DNA from: Candidatus Latescibacterota bacterium | Lineage (GTDB): Bacteria; Latescibacterota; UBA2968; UBA8231 | NCBI GenBank assembly: GCA_965197905.1 | Contig: CBDAOB010000004.1 | Coordinates: forward strand, 1,696,001 to 1,760,000 | Direction of reading: 5' to 3' | DNA: 64,000 bases | The notes under the pieces: generated by a model | What the model saw: only the letters and a program-made list of their open reading frames with translations | Database searches by the model: none | Told to the model about the DNA's origin: nothing | Translations under genes and position numbers: made by a program | In this document: one piece after another, positions 12,271 to 21,885 of the stretch | Numbering within the stretch: the first letter of the stretch is position 1 | Layout of the letters: each line of letters starts with the position of its first letter

Positions 12271-12787
12271 CGAGGACTGCGTTATCTAAACTCCAAGCAC
12301 ACTAGATGGGGATAGAAGTGATCTATTGCAGTTATATAATAGGTATATAAACTTAGCCTTGGAATAATGAGATGTCAAGCAAGCCAGAGTTGTTCGTTGA
12401 GGAGGGATGAAGCTCGAGAAGCGAGTATCTTGATTGGTCATGGATCTTGTGTATATAGTTGAACATTTATACACACGACTAGTAGTTTTAGTACACAAAC
12501 TTGTACCTATGTTCTTTATCTAATAATCATAATATGGCGTAAGGAAAAGTGGATAACCTCTGTACATTCTAATTAGAGGCAAGGTAACCTTATGATAATA
12601 ATCAATTTATTGGAAGAGGGAATGACATGCGAGAGTGGGGGGCGATTGTGGATAAAAAGAGGTTTTCGAGATCACCCTGATCGAGGGGATAGCGATTGGA
12701 AAGGCTTTCCACATCTCCACAGGTTGTCCACATCTCCACGGAGCCATCCTGTGGACAAAATGGGGATAACTTAGGCAAGAAGAGCGA
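12271..12787. other. oriC: Chromosomal replication origin oriC (dnaA-dnaN intergenic)
   Basis: AT-rich region with DnaA boxes: AGTGGATAA 12548-12556, perfect TGTGGATAA 12647-12655, CTTTCCACA 12705-12713, TTGTCCACA 12724-12732, TGTGGACAA 12750-12758, TGGGGATAA 12761-12769. Confidence 0.88.
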
Positions 12788-14200
12788 CTATCCCAGGGAA
12801 TACTTTTTCTCAATCGACTCGGAAAGCTGCTCTACGGTTAGGGCAAAGGAACGGTCAGCTTTGCACCTTTCTTCCACCGTTTGCACGGCGTGGATGACGG
12901 TAGTGTGGTCGCGGTTGCCGAAGTGAAGCCCGATCATCTTTAGTGGATTCCGGGTAAAGCGCTTGGCCAAGAACATGGCGATTTGTCGCGCTTGAGAGAT
13001 CTCCTGCTTGCGGGTCCTGCCGATCAACAATTCTGGGGTCAGGTCGAAGTGTCGAGCCACTTGTTGCTGAATGGACTCGATGCTAAGCTCGGTCGACTGA
13101 CTCGGGCCACGCTCCAGAGCTATTCGGCGCGCTGCTTCGACGGTCAATTCCGCATGATTTACCGAGCAGTAAGCCATCAAGTGGATCAGTGCACCCTCCA
13201 GTTCGCGAATGTTTGAGCTCACGTTGTTGGCCAGGAAAATGGCCACATCATCCGCCAGAGGTATGCTGTTGATCTCTGCTTTCTGTTGCAGAATGGCGAT
13301 GCGCGCTTCCAGATCCGGAGCATCGATACTGGTGACCAATCCCCACTGAAAGCGCGAGATGAGACGTTCTTCCAAACCCTCCAGTCGTCCCGGGGGGCTG
13401 TCGCAGGTCATGACGATCTGTTTGCCATTCTGGTGCAACGCATTGAAGGTGTGAAAGAACTCGTTGCGCGTTTGCTCGCCCTTGAGCAGGAACTGAATGT
13501 CGTCGACGAGGAGAATGTCGGCCGAGCGGTAGCGGCGCTGAAAATCCGCCGTGCTCTGGTTGCGGATGGCTTCGATGAAATCGCTCATGAATTTCTCAGA
13601 AGCCACGTAGGTAACCTGGTTTGCGGATTTGCGGTCCAGCGCGTCGTGACCGATGGCCTGCAGCAGATGGGTCTTGCCGAGACCAACGCCGCCGTAAATA
13701 ACCAACGGGTTGAACTGCGTTTTGCCGGGGGACTTAGCCACCGCCCACGCAGCCGCGTGGGCGAATCGGTTGAACTCGCCAATGACGAAGGTGTCGAAGG
13801 TGTAGCGCTCGTTCAGCGAGTTTGAGGCGCCGCCGCTGGCTATGGGCGCAGGATGTAGGTGCGGTAGCTCTAACTGCTCGGCGTCAACGTCTAATTTCTG
13901 GTCGGGGGTTGGTGAAGGGTTTGGTTCCGCCGCCGCCGAGGCAAGATCCTTTTCGGAAACAATAAAAGAAATCTTCGGCTGCAGTTGGGTTACTTCGAGC
14001 ACAACGCTGCTAATAAGGCTGAGATAGTTGCTTTCAACCCAGTCCGCAAAGTAGGTACTTGAAACTTCGATTTCGAGACAGTCGTTGTCGAAGCGGCGGG
14101 CGGTCGTCGGGCGAAACCAAGTATTAAAACTCTGCGGTCTGACGCGCTGCTCAACGCTGAGCAGACACCGAGCCCACAATTCTTCAGGATCTTGTGACAT
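12788..14200 (-). CDS. dnaA: Chromosomal replication initiator DnaA
   Basis: NPLVIYGGVGLGKTHL, DDIQF, SRFQWGL, NIRELEG, RDHTTVIHA; start taken at ATG 14200. Confidence 0.98.
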   Translation of the reverse strand: MSQDPEELWARCLLSVEQRVRPQSFNTWFRPTTARRFDNDCLEIEVSSTYFADWVESNYLSLISSVVLEVTQLQPKISFIVSEKDLASAAAEPNPSPTPDQKLDVDAEQLELPHLHPAPIASGGASNSLNERYTFDTFVIGEFNRFAHAAAWAVAKSPGKTQFNPLVIYGGVGLGKTHLLQAIGHDALDRKSANQVTYVASEKFMSDFIEAIRNQSTADFQRRYRSADILLVDDIQFLLKGEQTRNEFFHTFNALHQNGKQIVMTCDSPPGRLEGLEERLISRFQWGLVTSIDAPDLEARIAILQQKAEINSIPLADDVAIFLANNVSSNIRELEGALIHLMAYCSVNHAELTVEAARRIALERGPSQSTELSIESIQQQVARHFDLTPELLIGRTRKQEISQARQIAMFLAKRFTRNPLKMIGLHFGNRDHTTVIHAVQTVEERCKADRSFALTVEQLSESIEKKYSLG

Positions 14201-14229
14201 GCGTGTAATTCTATTCGGCGAGGAGCGCA

Positions 14230-14320
14230 AACCTATAGTCCGCGTGTGCGAACGTCAAGATATCTTTTGCCTATTTGTACAAATCGCATTGTTTGACACA
14301 TTATGTGGATTCTCTATATT
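14230..14320. promoter_or_regulatory. Divergent dnaA/rpmH promoters with a DnaA-box-like site
   Basis: Minus strand TTGACG-N17-TAGGTT (14258-14230); plus strand TTGACA-N16-TATATT (14293-14320) containing TGTGGATTC at 14304-14312. Confidence 0.5.
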
Positions 14321-14403
14321 GTTTTGTTTCAATCTGATTGGGCAATCGTTCCGACATAATTTTTTTTTGATGAGAACACGCGTCGTTCGATGAGAACAGC
14401 CTC

Positions 14404-14538
14404 GTGAAGCGAACATATCAACCAAGCAGACGCAAACGCCGCAACAAACATGGCTTCCGCAAGCGCATGAAAACGGCGTCGGGCCGAGCTATCATAAACC
14501 GTCGGCGGCGGCGCGGACGCAAACGGCTCGCCGTATAA
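14404..14538 (+). CDS. rpmH: 50S ribosomal protein L34
   Basis: Manual translation [44 protein letters not shown] (below the ORF track cutoff). Confidence 0.97.
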   Translation: MKRTYQPSRRKRRNKHGFRKRMKTASGRAIINRRRRRGRKRLAV

Positions 14539-14559
14539 ATCGATCGCCGCAGCGGATGT

Positions 14560-14811
14560 ATGGGCTGGGTCAAGGGCCAACATCTGTGGATGCGCTCTGG
14601 GCGCGAATCCGAGGGAGTCGTGCTGGTTGTCCGGAAGAAGCTGGGCAATGCCGTGCGGCGGAATCGATTGAAACGCAGGCTGCGAAGCATCCACCGACAA
14701 CTCAAACCCCACCCGCGCGGCAGCCTTGTTGTTCTCGCCCAAACCAACGCCACAGAAACCCCCTACGATCAGCTCGAATCGGAGTTCGCGCGGTTGCTTT
14801 CCCAACTCTAA
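14560..14811 (+). CDS. rnpA: RNase P protein component (short form)
   Basis: KKLGNAVRRNRLKRRLR RNR motif; rpmH-rnpA-yidD synteny. Confidence 0.85.
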   Translation: MGWVKGQHLWMRSGRESEGVVLVVRKKLGNAVRRNRLKRRLRSIHRQLKPHPRGSLVVLAQTNATETPYDQLESEFARLLSQL

Positions 14812-14826
14812 TTAGTCCGGTGACGC

Positions 14827-15033
14827 ATGGTACGCTTTTTCGTTTTCCTCATTAGAGTTTATGCGCTCTGTGTGTCACCGTTCCTACCACCAGCCTGTCG
14901 CTTTCAGCCAACCTGCTCCGAATACGCCGAACAAGTGATGGAAAAGTACGGGGTTGTACGGGGCAGCTGGCTAACCTGGCGGCGGTTGCTGCGATGCCAC
15001 CCCTGGGGTGGTCACGGGTACGATCCGTCCTAG
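14827..15033 (+). CDS. yidD: Membrane protein insertion efficiency factor YidD
   Basis: [10 protein letters not shown] and [12 protein letters not shown] motifs. Confidence 0.95.
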   Translation: MVRFFVFLIRVYALCVSPFLPPACRFQPTCSEYAEQVMEKYGVVRGSWLTWRRLLRCHPWGGHGYDPS

Positions 15034-15083
15034 AATCACGAGAACAGGGACCTCAATGAAACCGAGCCAAACTAGGTAGATTC

Positions 15084-16769
15084 GTGGAAGACAAGAGGAC
15101 GCTTCTAGCGTTTCTGCTCATCGGGCTGATCCTTCTAGTATTGCCGTACTATTACGAAATGGTGGGGCTTGCCCCCGGAGAAGACGATGAGGAGTTGCCT
15201 CCCGTCGTCGAACAGTCCTCCGAGCCGCCCGCGAGAATCGTGCCCCAGGAGACAACTCGACCTGATCCCCGCGTGCGGGAGAAGACTCCGCAAACCGAGC
15301 CAGCGCCGCGGGACGAGCTGGTGGGTGAGCCGTTCACGCCGCAGGAGGTATCGGTGCGGACCCCCTTGGTGGATCTGCTGTTTTCATCGGCGGGCGCAAC
15401 CCTGGTTTCGGTTCAGTTACCGCAATACCAAACGCCGGCTGGCCGCCCGGTCGAGCTGATCAGCGCCGGACATCGCGGCTTGGGTTTGCGTTTGAAAACC
15501 CGCGAAGAGGTGCTAGACTTGTCGAAGGTGGAATTCAGACCCAACCGGGAACAGGTGGTGGTGGATTCGGGCGACGTGGCGACGTTGCGCATGACGGCCG
15601 ATCTCGGTAACGGCCGATCGGTGTACAACACCTACGAGTTTGCCGGTGACAACTACGCTGTTCAATTGGAGATAGAGGTGGTCGGCTTCGGCGACGACGC
15701 GGAGTTGTTTACCCAATGGGAAGGCGGAATCGCCAACACCGAGGGACAAACGGTGGAGTCGTCCCTGTTTTTTGCAGCTCCAACCGTACGCCGCATGATG
15801 ACCTATTTGAACGAAGAGCGGATCGACCACGAAGCTGATGACAATCAGCCAACCTCCACCGAAGACAAAGGGCCGGTGAAGTGGGCGGCGGTACGGAACC
15901 AGTATTTTATGGTAGCGCTTGCACCCGAAGGCGAAGGCCCTTACCGCGTCGGCCTTCACGCAGCGCCGTCGCGCAGCGCGGCGCTCAAGGACGAGGTGCG
16001 ATTCGAGATCGGTGCTCGCGTCGTGCCAGGACAGGCCGCGAGATCCCTTCTTTACTTGGGTCCGCTGTCGTACGACAGGCTGACCAGCTATGGGGCAGAA
16101 CTGGAAGCGGCCTTGGACTTAGGTTTCCCGATCATTCGCGAAATCAGCAAGGTACTGATGGTGGTTTTTGTGGCCACCTACGACTTCGTTCCCAACTACG
16201 GAGTCGTCATTATTTTGTTGGCAATCGCCATTAAAATCCTGGTCTATCCGCTGACCCACAAGTCGTACGAGTCTATGGCCAAGATGCAGCAGCTGCAGCC
16301 GAAAATGGCGGCACTGAAAGAGAAGTACAAGAACGACAACCAAAGGCTAAGCCGTGAAACAATGAAGCTGTACAAGGAAGAGGGGGTAAATCCTCTCGGC
16401 GGTTGTCTGCCGATGCTTCTTCAAATGCCCGTATTCTTTGCGTTATACAGCGTTTTCAACAGTACCATCGAACTCCGACAAGCCCCGTTTTTTTTGTGGA
16501 TCACCGACCTCAGCAAACCGGACGTTCTGCCCTTGGGGGGATTCGATCTTCACGTCCTGCCGTTGCTCATGGCGGGATCCATGTTCGTGCAACAGAAGAT
16601 GACGATGAAGGATCCCAAGCAGGCCATGTTGGTATACATGATGCCGGCCTTCATGATCTTCATCTTCTGGAGCATATCCTCCGGGTTGGTCCTGTACTGG
16701 ACGATGTTCAACGTGCTTAGTGTCGGCCAGCAACATCTGATCAACCGACTGAAAGACTCAAAAACTTAA
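15084..16769 (+). CDS. yidC: Membrane protein insertase YidC
   Basis: N-terminal TM plus periplasmic domain; NYGVVIILL, NPLGGCLP, WITDLS, GLVLYW. Confidence 0.96.
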   Translation: MEDKRTLLAFLLIGLILLVLPYYYEMVGLAPGEDDEELPPVVEQSSEPPARIVPQETTRPDPRVREKTPQTEPAPRDELVGEPFTPQEVSVRTPLVDLLFSSAGATLVSVQLPQYQTPAGRPVELISAGHRGLGLRLKTREEVLDLSKVEFRPNREQVVVDSGDVATLRMTADLGNGRSVYNTYEFAGDNYAVQLEIEVVGFGDDAELFTQWEGGIANTEGQTVESSLFFAAPTVRRMMTYLNEERIDHEADDNQPTSTEDKGPVKWAAVRNQYFMVALAPEGEGPYRVGLHAAPSRSAALKDEVRFEIGARVVPGQAARSLLYLGPLSYDRLTSYGAELEAALDLGFPIIREISKVLMVVFVATYDFVPNYGVVIILLAIAIKILVYPLTHKSYESMAKMQQLQPKMAALKEKYKNDNQRLSRETMKLYKEEGVNPLGGCLPMLLQMPVFFALYSVFNSTIELRQAPFFLWITDLSKPDVLPLGGFDLHVLPLLMAGSMFVQQKMTMKDPKQAMLVYMMPAFMIFIFWSISSGLVLYWTMFNVLSVGQQHLINRLKDSKT

Positions 16770-16832
16770 TAAAAACAGTAACTTACGGTATTCTTTGTAA
16801 CCGGCAGTGTGTCCGGCTATAGGAAACCTGTC

Positions 16833-18191
16833 ATGGACTACACCGAGACCATTGTCGCCATTTCGTCGCCGCGCGGGGAGGGAGGTGTGGGCTTGGTCCG
16901 CCTCAGTGGGCCGCGGGCCATGGAGATTGGTCGAGAGGTCTTCCGCAGCACGCCCCCGTTGGGCTCGAGACCGCGCCACGTGGAGTATGGCAGAGTCACG
17001 GAAGCCGGACGAATCCTCGATCGCGGACTCGCATGGTTTTTCGAATCTCCCCACTCCTATACCGGGGAGGATACGGTGGAAATAAGCACTCACGGGAGTG
17101 TTGTGGTGCTGGAGGCGTTGGTGCAAGCGGCCATCGCCTCCGGGGCTGTGTTGGCGGCCCCTGGCGAGTTTACTCGGCGCGCCTTCATCAACGGCCGGCT
17201 GGATCTCCTTCAGGCGGAAGCGGTCATCGACATCATCCGCACGAACAGCCGCACCGGTCTTGACAACGCCTATGGTCAAGCCAGCGGGCGCCTGTCACGC
17301 CTGGTCAACGAGTTGAAACAGATAGTGGTATCTATCATCTCGTTGCTGGAGCTCGAACTTGATTTTTCGGAAGAGGACAATGAAACGGCAAGCGCGGAAT
17401 TGATCCGGCAAGAACTCCAACGTGCGTTGACTATCGCATCCCGCCTCATCGATACCTTCGAAGGAACACGCCGCCGCCAAACCGGTGTTGTCGTCTGTCT
17501 CCTCGGGCTTCCCAACGCGGGCAAGTCGACCTTGTTCAACAGCATGCTGGGCGAAGACCGGGCCATCGTTGCGCCCAAGCCGGGAACGACACGAGACGTT
17601 ATCGAAGCTCGCACGATGTGGTCTGGAGAAACGGTCCGCTTGATGGATACGTCAGGTTTCCGGATTGCGGGAGATGATGATGTGGAGCGAGAGGGCGTCC
17701 AACGAACGCTACGTTGCGTCGCGGAAGCCGACCTGGTCCTAGTCGTGGTGGATAGCTCCGAGACATGGCGGGAGATCTACGAGGATCTGCTCAGGCTGGC
17801 AGGAGACAAAGAGGCCGTTCTGGTGTTGAACAAATGCGACCTACCGAACCGTTTCAGCCCTTTGCCCGCGCACATCTCGATACCTGCCGCGGAGGTTTCG
17901 GGTCTCCAAGGAAAAGGGGTCGCCGAGCTCCAAAATCTAGCGGTACGTCACCTTCCTCAACCCAAGACCGTAGATGGGATCGGACTGGTCCATGAGCGCC
18001 ACCATGACTGCCTCCAACGAATGGCAACAGCCGCCGCGGCGGCCCTGGACGGGGTATCCGACGGCCAGCCGTATGAATGCGTCGTAGTCGACCTGCGAAC
18101 TGCCTTGGCGGCCTTGGCTGAAATGCTGGGAGAAACCCTGGATGAGGAGATTCTCGACCGCGTGTTTGCCGAATTCTGCATCGGAAAGTAG
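16833..18191 (+). CDS. mnmE: tRNA modification GTPase MnmE/TrmE
   Basis: SYTGED, GEFTRRAF, GLPNAGKS, GTTRD, NKCD, C-terminal FCIGK. Confidence 0.97.
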   Translation: MDYTETIVAISSPRGEGGVGLVRLSGPRAMEIGREVFRSTPPLGSRPRHVEYGRVTEAGRILDRGLAWFFESPHSYTGEDTVEISTHGSVVVLEALVQAAIASGAVLAAPGEFTRRAFINGRLDLLQAEAVIDIIRTNSRTGLDNAYGQASGRLSRLVNELKQIVVSIISLLELELDFSEEDNETASAELIRQELQRALTIASRLIDTFEGTRRRQTGVVVCLLGLPNAGKSTLFNSMLGEDRAIVAPKPGTTRDVIEARTMWSGETVRLMDTSGFRIAGDDDVEREGVQRTLRCVAEADLVLVVVDSSETWREIYEDLLRLAGDKEAVLVLNKCDLPNRFSPLPAHISIPAAEVSGLQGKGVAELQNLAVRHLPQPKTVDGIGLVHERHHDCLQRMATAAAAALDGVSDGQPYECVVVDLRTALAALAEMLGETLDEEILDRVFAEFCIGK

Positions 18192-18193
18192 GC

Positions 18194-18209
18194 TGTTTCA
18201 CGTGAAACA
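18194..18209. promoter_or_regulatory. parS: parS centromere site 1
   Basis: Perfect palindrome TGTTTCACGTGAAACA, matching the ParB consensus. Confidence 0.92.
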
Positions 18210-18252
18210 GCACCGGGATCGGCCGAAGAACCATCCAAGGGTGTCGCGAGTC

Positions 18253-18268
18253 CGTTTCACGTGAAACA
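18253..18268. promoter_or_regulatory. parS: parS centromere site 2
   Basis: CGTTTCACGTGAAACA, 15/16 match. Confidence 0.9.
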
Positions 18269-18283
18269 GACCGACGGACCTTC

Positions 18284-19669
18284 GGTAATGTCCTAGGTTT
18301 TCTGCAAAAAGAAACAGCGTGAAGTACCTTCCGAAGGAATTCAACAAACCTTTGGAGCCCGCTCTGGGCAGGAAGGAGTTCACGCTGTCATGCGGAAAGT
18401 ACAACCGAGCGATCGACTTCGCAAAGAGATTCAAACGTTTTTTGAGGGCATGGGTTCGGTGGACAACGGGGCCGAGGCGCTGAGCGAGCTGGTGCGTCTG
18501 GCGTCCACGCTTATGGTGCAGGAAGGCCTGGAAGCCGAGCAGGCTGATTTTGTCGGCCGCGAGCGCTACCAACGCGGTGAACGCAATGGCTATCGGAGCG
18601 GGTCTAAACCGGGTAAGCTGGACACGGCCGAAGGGCGGTTGCAGGTCGATGTGCCGCAAATTCGGGATGCGCAGCAGCCCTTTCGCTCGAAATTGTTTGA
18701 CCTGCTGAAGGGCGATTCGCAGATGCTCGAGTATCTGGCGACGGAGATGTATGCCCGCGGCTTGTCTACCCGCGACATCGCGGCCGCCTTTACCGACGAG
18801 GACGGTGTGTGCCTGTTGTCGCGTTCCGGTGTCAGCGAGGTCACCGAAGTACTGTGGGAGCAATACGAGGCCTTCCAGCAACGGGACTTGAGGGATATTC
18901 CGGTGCTGTATCTGTTCCTCGACGGGCTCTACGAGCCGCTGCGCATGCATGGGGTGAAACGCGAAGCGGTATTGTGCGCCTGGGCGATTACTACAGAGGG
19001 ACACAAAGTGCTGTTGTCGCTGGCGCTGGGCAACAAAGAGAGTTACGACGCCTGGCTTGGCTTCCTTCGCGACCTGGTGAGCCGCGGCGTGCCCGTGCCG
19101 CTCACCGTCACCAGCGATGGCGCTCCTGGGCTGTTGCGTGCTATCGACGAGGTGTGGCCGAAGAGCTGGCGCATCCGCTGTTGGGTACACCGCATGCTCA
19201 ACTTCAAAGCGAAGGTGCCCGATCATCTGTGGCCCGAAGTCAAAGCCCATCTGCAGGCCATTCGAGATGCCCCTACCCGCGAAGCCGGTGAAGCCACGGC
19301 TCGAGATGTGTTGAAACGCTTTCGCAAAGACTGTCCGAGTCTGTGCACCGCCCTCAGCGACGACCTGGAGGCCTTGCTCAATCACCTGCGCGTCCCCTGG
19401 CGCCACCGAAAACACGTACCAGGAGCTCGAGGAGCGACGACGGACTAAAGCTTCTTCACCGAAAAAAGCTGCCTGAAGCTCGTGCACGCGACGTTGATTC
19501 GCGCCGCCGACACCTGGCAGCGCATCGGTATCACGGCGACCGAACACACCCAGCTAAACCTCCTCTATCAGGAGCTGAAACATCGCGCCCGCTAATGAAA
19601 TAAGCGCCGTAGCCTGATCGGAAGGTCTTCAGGCTGCGGCTACTTTTGCAGAACTCTCAGGACTTGACC
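18284..19669 (+). mobile_element. IS256-family insertion sequence (~1386 bp)
   Basis: Imperfect 26-bp terminal IRs (GGTAATGTCCTAGGTTTTCTGCAAAA vs GGTCAAGTCCTGAGAGTTCTGCAAAA, 20/26) and 9-bp direct repeat CGGACCTTC at 18275-18283 and 19670-19678. Confidence 0.92.
18390..19595 (+). pseudogene. IS256/Mutator-family transposase with a disrupted C-terminus
   Basis: RNGYR, MYARGLSTRDI, YLFLDG, SDGAPGL, RCWVH. The frame breaks at about 19417-19450 where the TTNxxER motif is expected; EERRRTK and FFTEKSCLKLV continue in other frames to a TAA at 19595. Confidence 0.8.
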
Positions 19670-19697
19670 CGGACCTTCACCCGACTCCCTCCGTAAA

Positions 19698-20309
19698 TTG
19701 GAGGTCGATCTGGACCAACTGCGGGTTCGACTGCAGGGTGTGGGTGCCTGCCTGGACGACCGCTGGATACCGCACCTGTGGAAGTATGCTTGTTTGCTAC
19801 TGCACTGGTCGCGCCGGATGAATCTGGTGTCGCCGCGAGACCGAGCGAAGATTTTTACCAAACATATTGGTCCCGCCTGTCTCATGGCCGAGTTGGTGAA
19901 ATCGGTACCGCATTCGACCGTGGTTGATTATGGCAGTGGCGCGGGTCTTCCCGGAATCCCCCTCAGGATTGTTTTTCCGCATTCGCACTTCTATTTAGTC
20001 GAATCGCGTCGCAAGCGCGCCTCCTTCTTGCGAACGGTCATTCGAACGCTCGAGTTGCCTAGGGTTACGGTGGTCAACCAACGTCTCGAAGAGTGGAGAT
20101 GTCCCGCGGGGCTGGTCGATCTGGTGGTCTCCCGCGCGACCACGAGGACCGACCTGGTAGAGCGGGTTCGTGCGCATCTGGCCCCCCATGGATCGATCGT
20201 GACCACCCTGCAGAGCACCGATGTGGACCCCAATAGGCCGTTTTGCGGAGTGCGCAAAGAATTTTCGGGTTTTCCTACCGTCGCCCTGTTCAGTCCCCTC
20301 GATAGATAG
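19698..20309 (+). CDS. rsmG: 16S rRNA m7G527 methyltransferase RsmG (GidB)
   Basis: W...MNLVS, DYGSGAGLPGIPL, LVESRRKRASFL, SRA. Confidence 0.93.
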   Translation: MEVDLDQLRVRLQGVGACLDDRWIPHLWKYACLLLHWSRRMNLVSPRDRAKIFTKHIGPACLMAELVKSVPHSTVVDYGSGAGLPGIPLRIVFPHSHFYLVESRRKRASFLRTVIRTLELPRVTVVNQRLEEWRCPAGLVDLVVSRATTRTDLVERVRAHLAPHGSIVTTLQSTDVDPNRPFCGVRKEFSGFPTVALFSPLDR

Positions 20310-20310
20310 G

Positions 20311-20448
20311 TTATCAACACTTTTCCACAGCGTCCTGTCAGTAATATACGGGCGCGCCAAAATAGTCTATAACATTAGTAATAACAACAATTTGAGGTAG
20401 TTCCAAGGGGAGTCTAAAGGGCGTAGGTCGTCGGCAATATGTGGATAA
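20311..20448. promoter_or_regulatory. Secondary DnaA-box cluster
   Basis: TTATCAACA 20311-20319, TTTTCCACA 20321-20329 and perfect TGTGGATAA 20440-20448 around an AT-rich stretch. Confidence 0.6.
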
Positions 20449-20538
20449 CTAGTCTCGCTCCGCTCGCAGCCCAGAACGACCGGGAAAATTAGCTATTGCC
20501 ACCTTACCCGCTGACCACTTATATTTTAACCCCGAATT

Positions 20539-21183
20539 TTGTATCCGCCTTCGATTGGACCGTACCCTCTGCTTGATAAATTCCTGAAATCGTGGTTCGC
20601 CGATAAACTCAGACCGATCGCCCGCTTGTTCATTCGTCTCGGCGTGCGCCCGGACTGGTTGACGTTGTCGGGGTTGTTGTTGAACCTGGTGGCCACCGCT
20701 GCTTTTGCACGTGGACATCTGCAGTGGGGCGCTGCGATCATGCTACTGGCGGGCCTGTGTGACTTTCTGGATGGGCAGGTGGCTCGCGAAGGCAGAAAGG
20801 AAACCAAGTTCGGTGCCCTGCTTGACTCGACGACGGATCGATATTCGGAAATATTCATTTATTTTGGAATCGGCGCCTATCTCATTCAGCAGGAAAAGTG
20901 GATCGTCTGCGGAATCCTGTTCTTTGCGTTGTCAGGCTCATTGATGGTCAGCTATGTACGCGCCCGAGCTGAAGGGTTGGGCGAGGATTGCAAGGTTGGA
21001 TTCATGCAGCGCCCGGAACGCATCGTCGCCCTCGGCCTAGGCGGATTGGTGGGTCACGAGGGACTGGTGTTGGTTCTTGTCGTCTTGGCGTTAGCGACGA
21101 ACTACACGGTCATCGAGCGCCTTGCCTATATCCGCAACAAGTGGAAAACGAGCGCCACATCGGCGCCGGCGCAAGGTTCCTAG
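20539..21183 (+). CDS. CDP-alcohol phosphatidyltransferase family protein
   Basis: DFLDGQVAR...GALLDSTTDR signature, SYVRARAE, RPER; start uncertain. Confidence 0.9.
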   Translation: MYPPSIGPYPLLDKFLKSWFADKLRPIARLFIRLGVRPDWLTLSGLLLNLVATAAFARGHLQWGAAIMLLAGLCDFLDGQVAREGRKETKFGALLDSTTDRYSEIFIYFGIGAYLIQQEKWIVCGILFFALSGSLMVSYVRARAEGLGEDCKVGFMQRPERIVALGLGGLVGHEGLVLVLVVLALATNYTVIERLAYIRNKWKTSATSAPAQGS

Positions 21184-21227
21184 GTCGCGCATCCCCAACC
21201 CCTCCGCTGTTTTGGCGGTTGTCTCCA

Positions 21228-21872
21228 TTGCCTCTGCCCCTTTTCATCGCGTTTGAAGGTATCGACGGTAGCGGCACCACGACGCAATGCTGCTTACTCC
21301 AGCAACACATCGAGGAGCACTTTCACTGCCCCGTCGTCGCCACCCGAGAGCCGGGGGGCACTCCCGCTGCAGAGCGTATCCGACAGCTGGTACTCGACCC
21401 TTGTCTGGTTGAGCTGGACCCGCTCACCGAGCTTCTCCTTTATGCCGCCGGCCGGGCCCAACACGTGCGCGAACGCATTGAGCCGGCGCTGGCAGCTGGA
21501 ACACCCGTTCTCTGTGACCGCTACACCGCATCGTCCGTCGCGTACCAAGGCTTTGGCCGCGGTCTGGCTGTGGACCTCGTCGAGAAGGTCAACGCCATTG
21601 CGACCGGTGGCCGCCGTCCCGACGACACGATCTTTCTCGATCTTCCCGTCGAACAAGCGCAGGCTCGCTTATCGCACCGAGGCGAGCGACGCGATCGACT
21701 CGAGATGGCGGGGATCGACCTACAAGAGCGGGTTCGCGGGGCCTATTTGGAGATTGCCGAGCGCAGCCCAACGGTTTCAATGCTAGTAGACAGCTGCCCG
21801 CCAGCGAGTGAGGTCGGCAACGAAATTCTTCGCGCGTTGAGGCACAGGTGGCCAGGTTTTCCGTTCAAGTAA
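21228..21872 (+). CDS. tmk: Thymidylate kinase
   Basis: FIAFEGIDGSGTTTQ, REPGGT, DRYTASSVAYQG; start adjusted to TTG 21228. Confidence 0.93.
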   Translation: MPLPLFIAFEGIDGSGTTTQCCLLQQHIEEHFHCPVVATREPGGTPAAERIRQLVLDPCLVELDPLTELLLYAAGRAQHVRERIEPALAAGTPVLCDRYTASSVAYQGFGRGLAVDLVEKVNAIATGGRRPDDTIFLDLPVEQAQARLSHRGERRDRLEMAGIDLQERVRGAYLEIAERSPTVSMLVDSCPPASEVGNEILRALRHRWPGFPFK

Positions 21873-21885
21873 TGGAGATTCGAAG

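Noticed and set aside
12493..12506. ACAC-N6-GTAC near oriC as a fourth XRE operator
   Set aside because: One mismatch in an 8-bp motif is expected by chance.
18198..19547. 449-aa minus-strand ORF
   Set aside because: It is the antisense shadow of the IS256 transposase. Most other overlapping ORFs in the track are likewise high-GC shadows.
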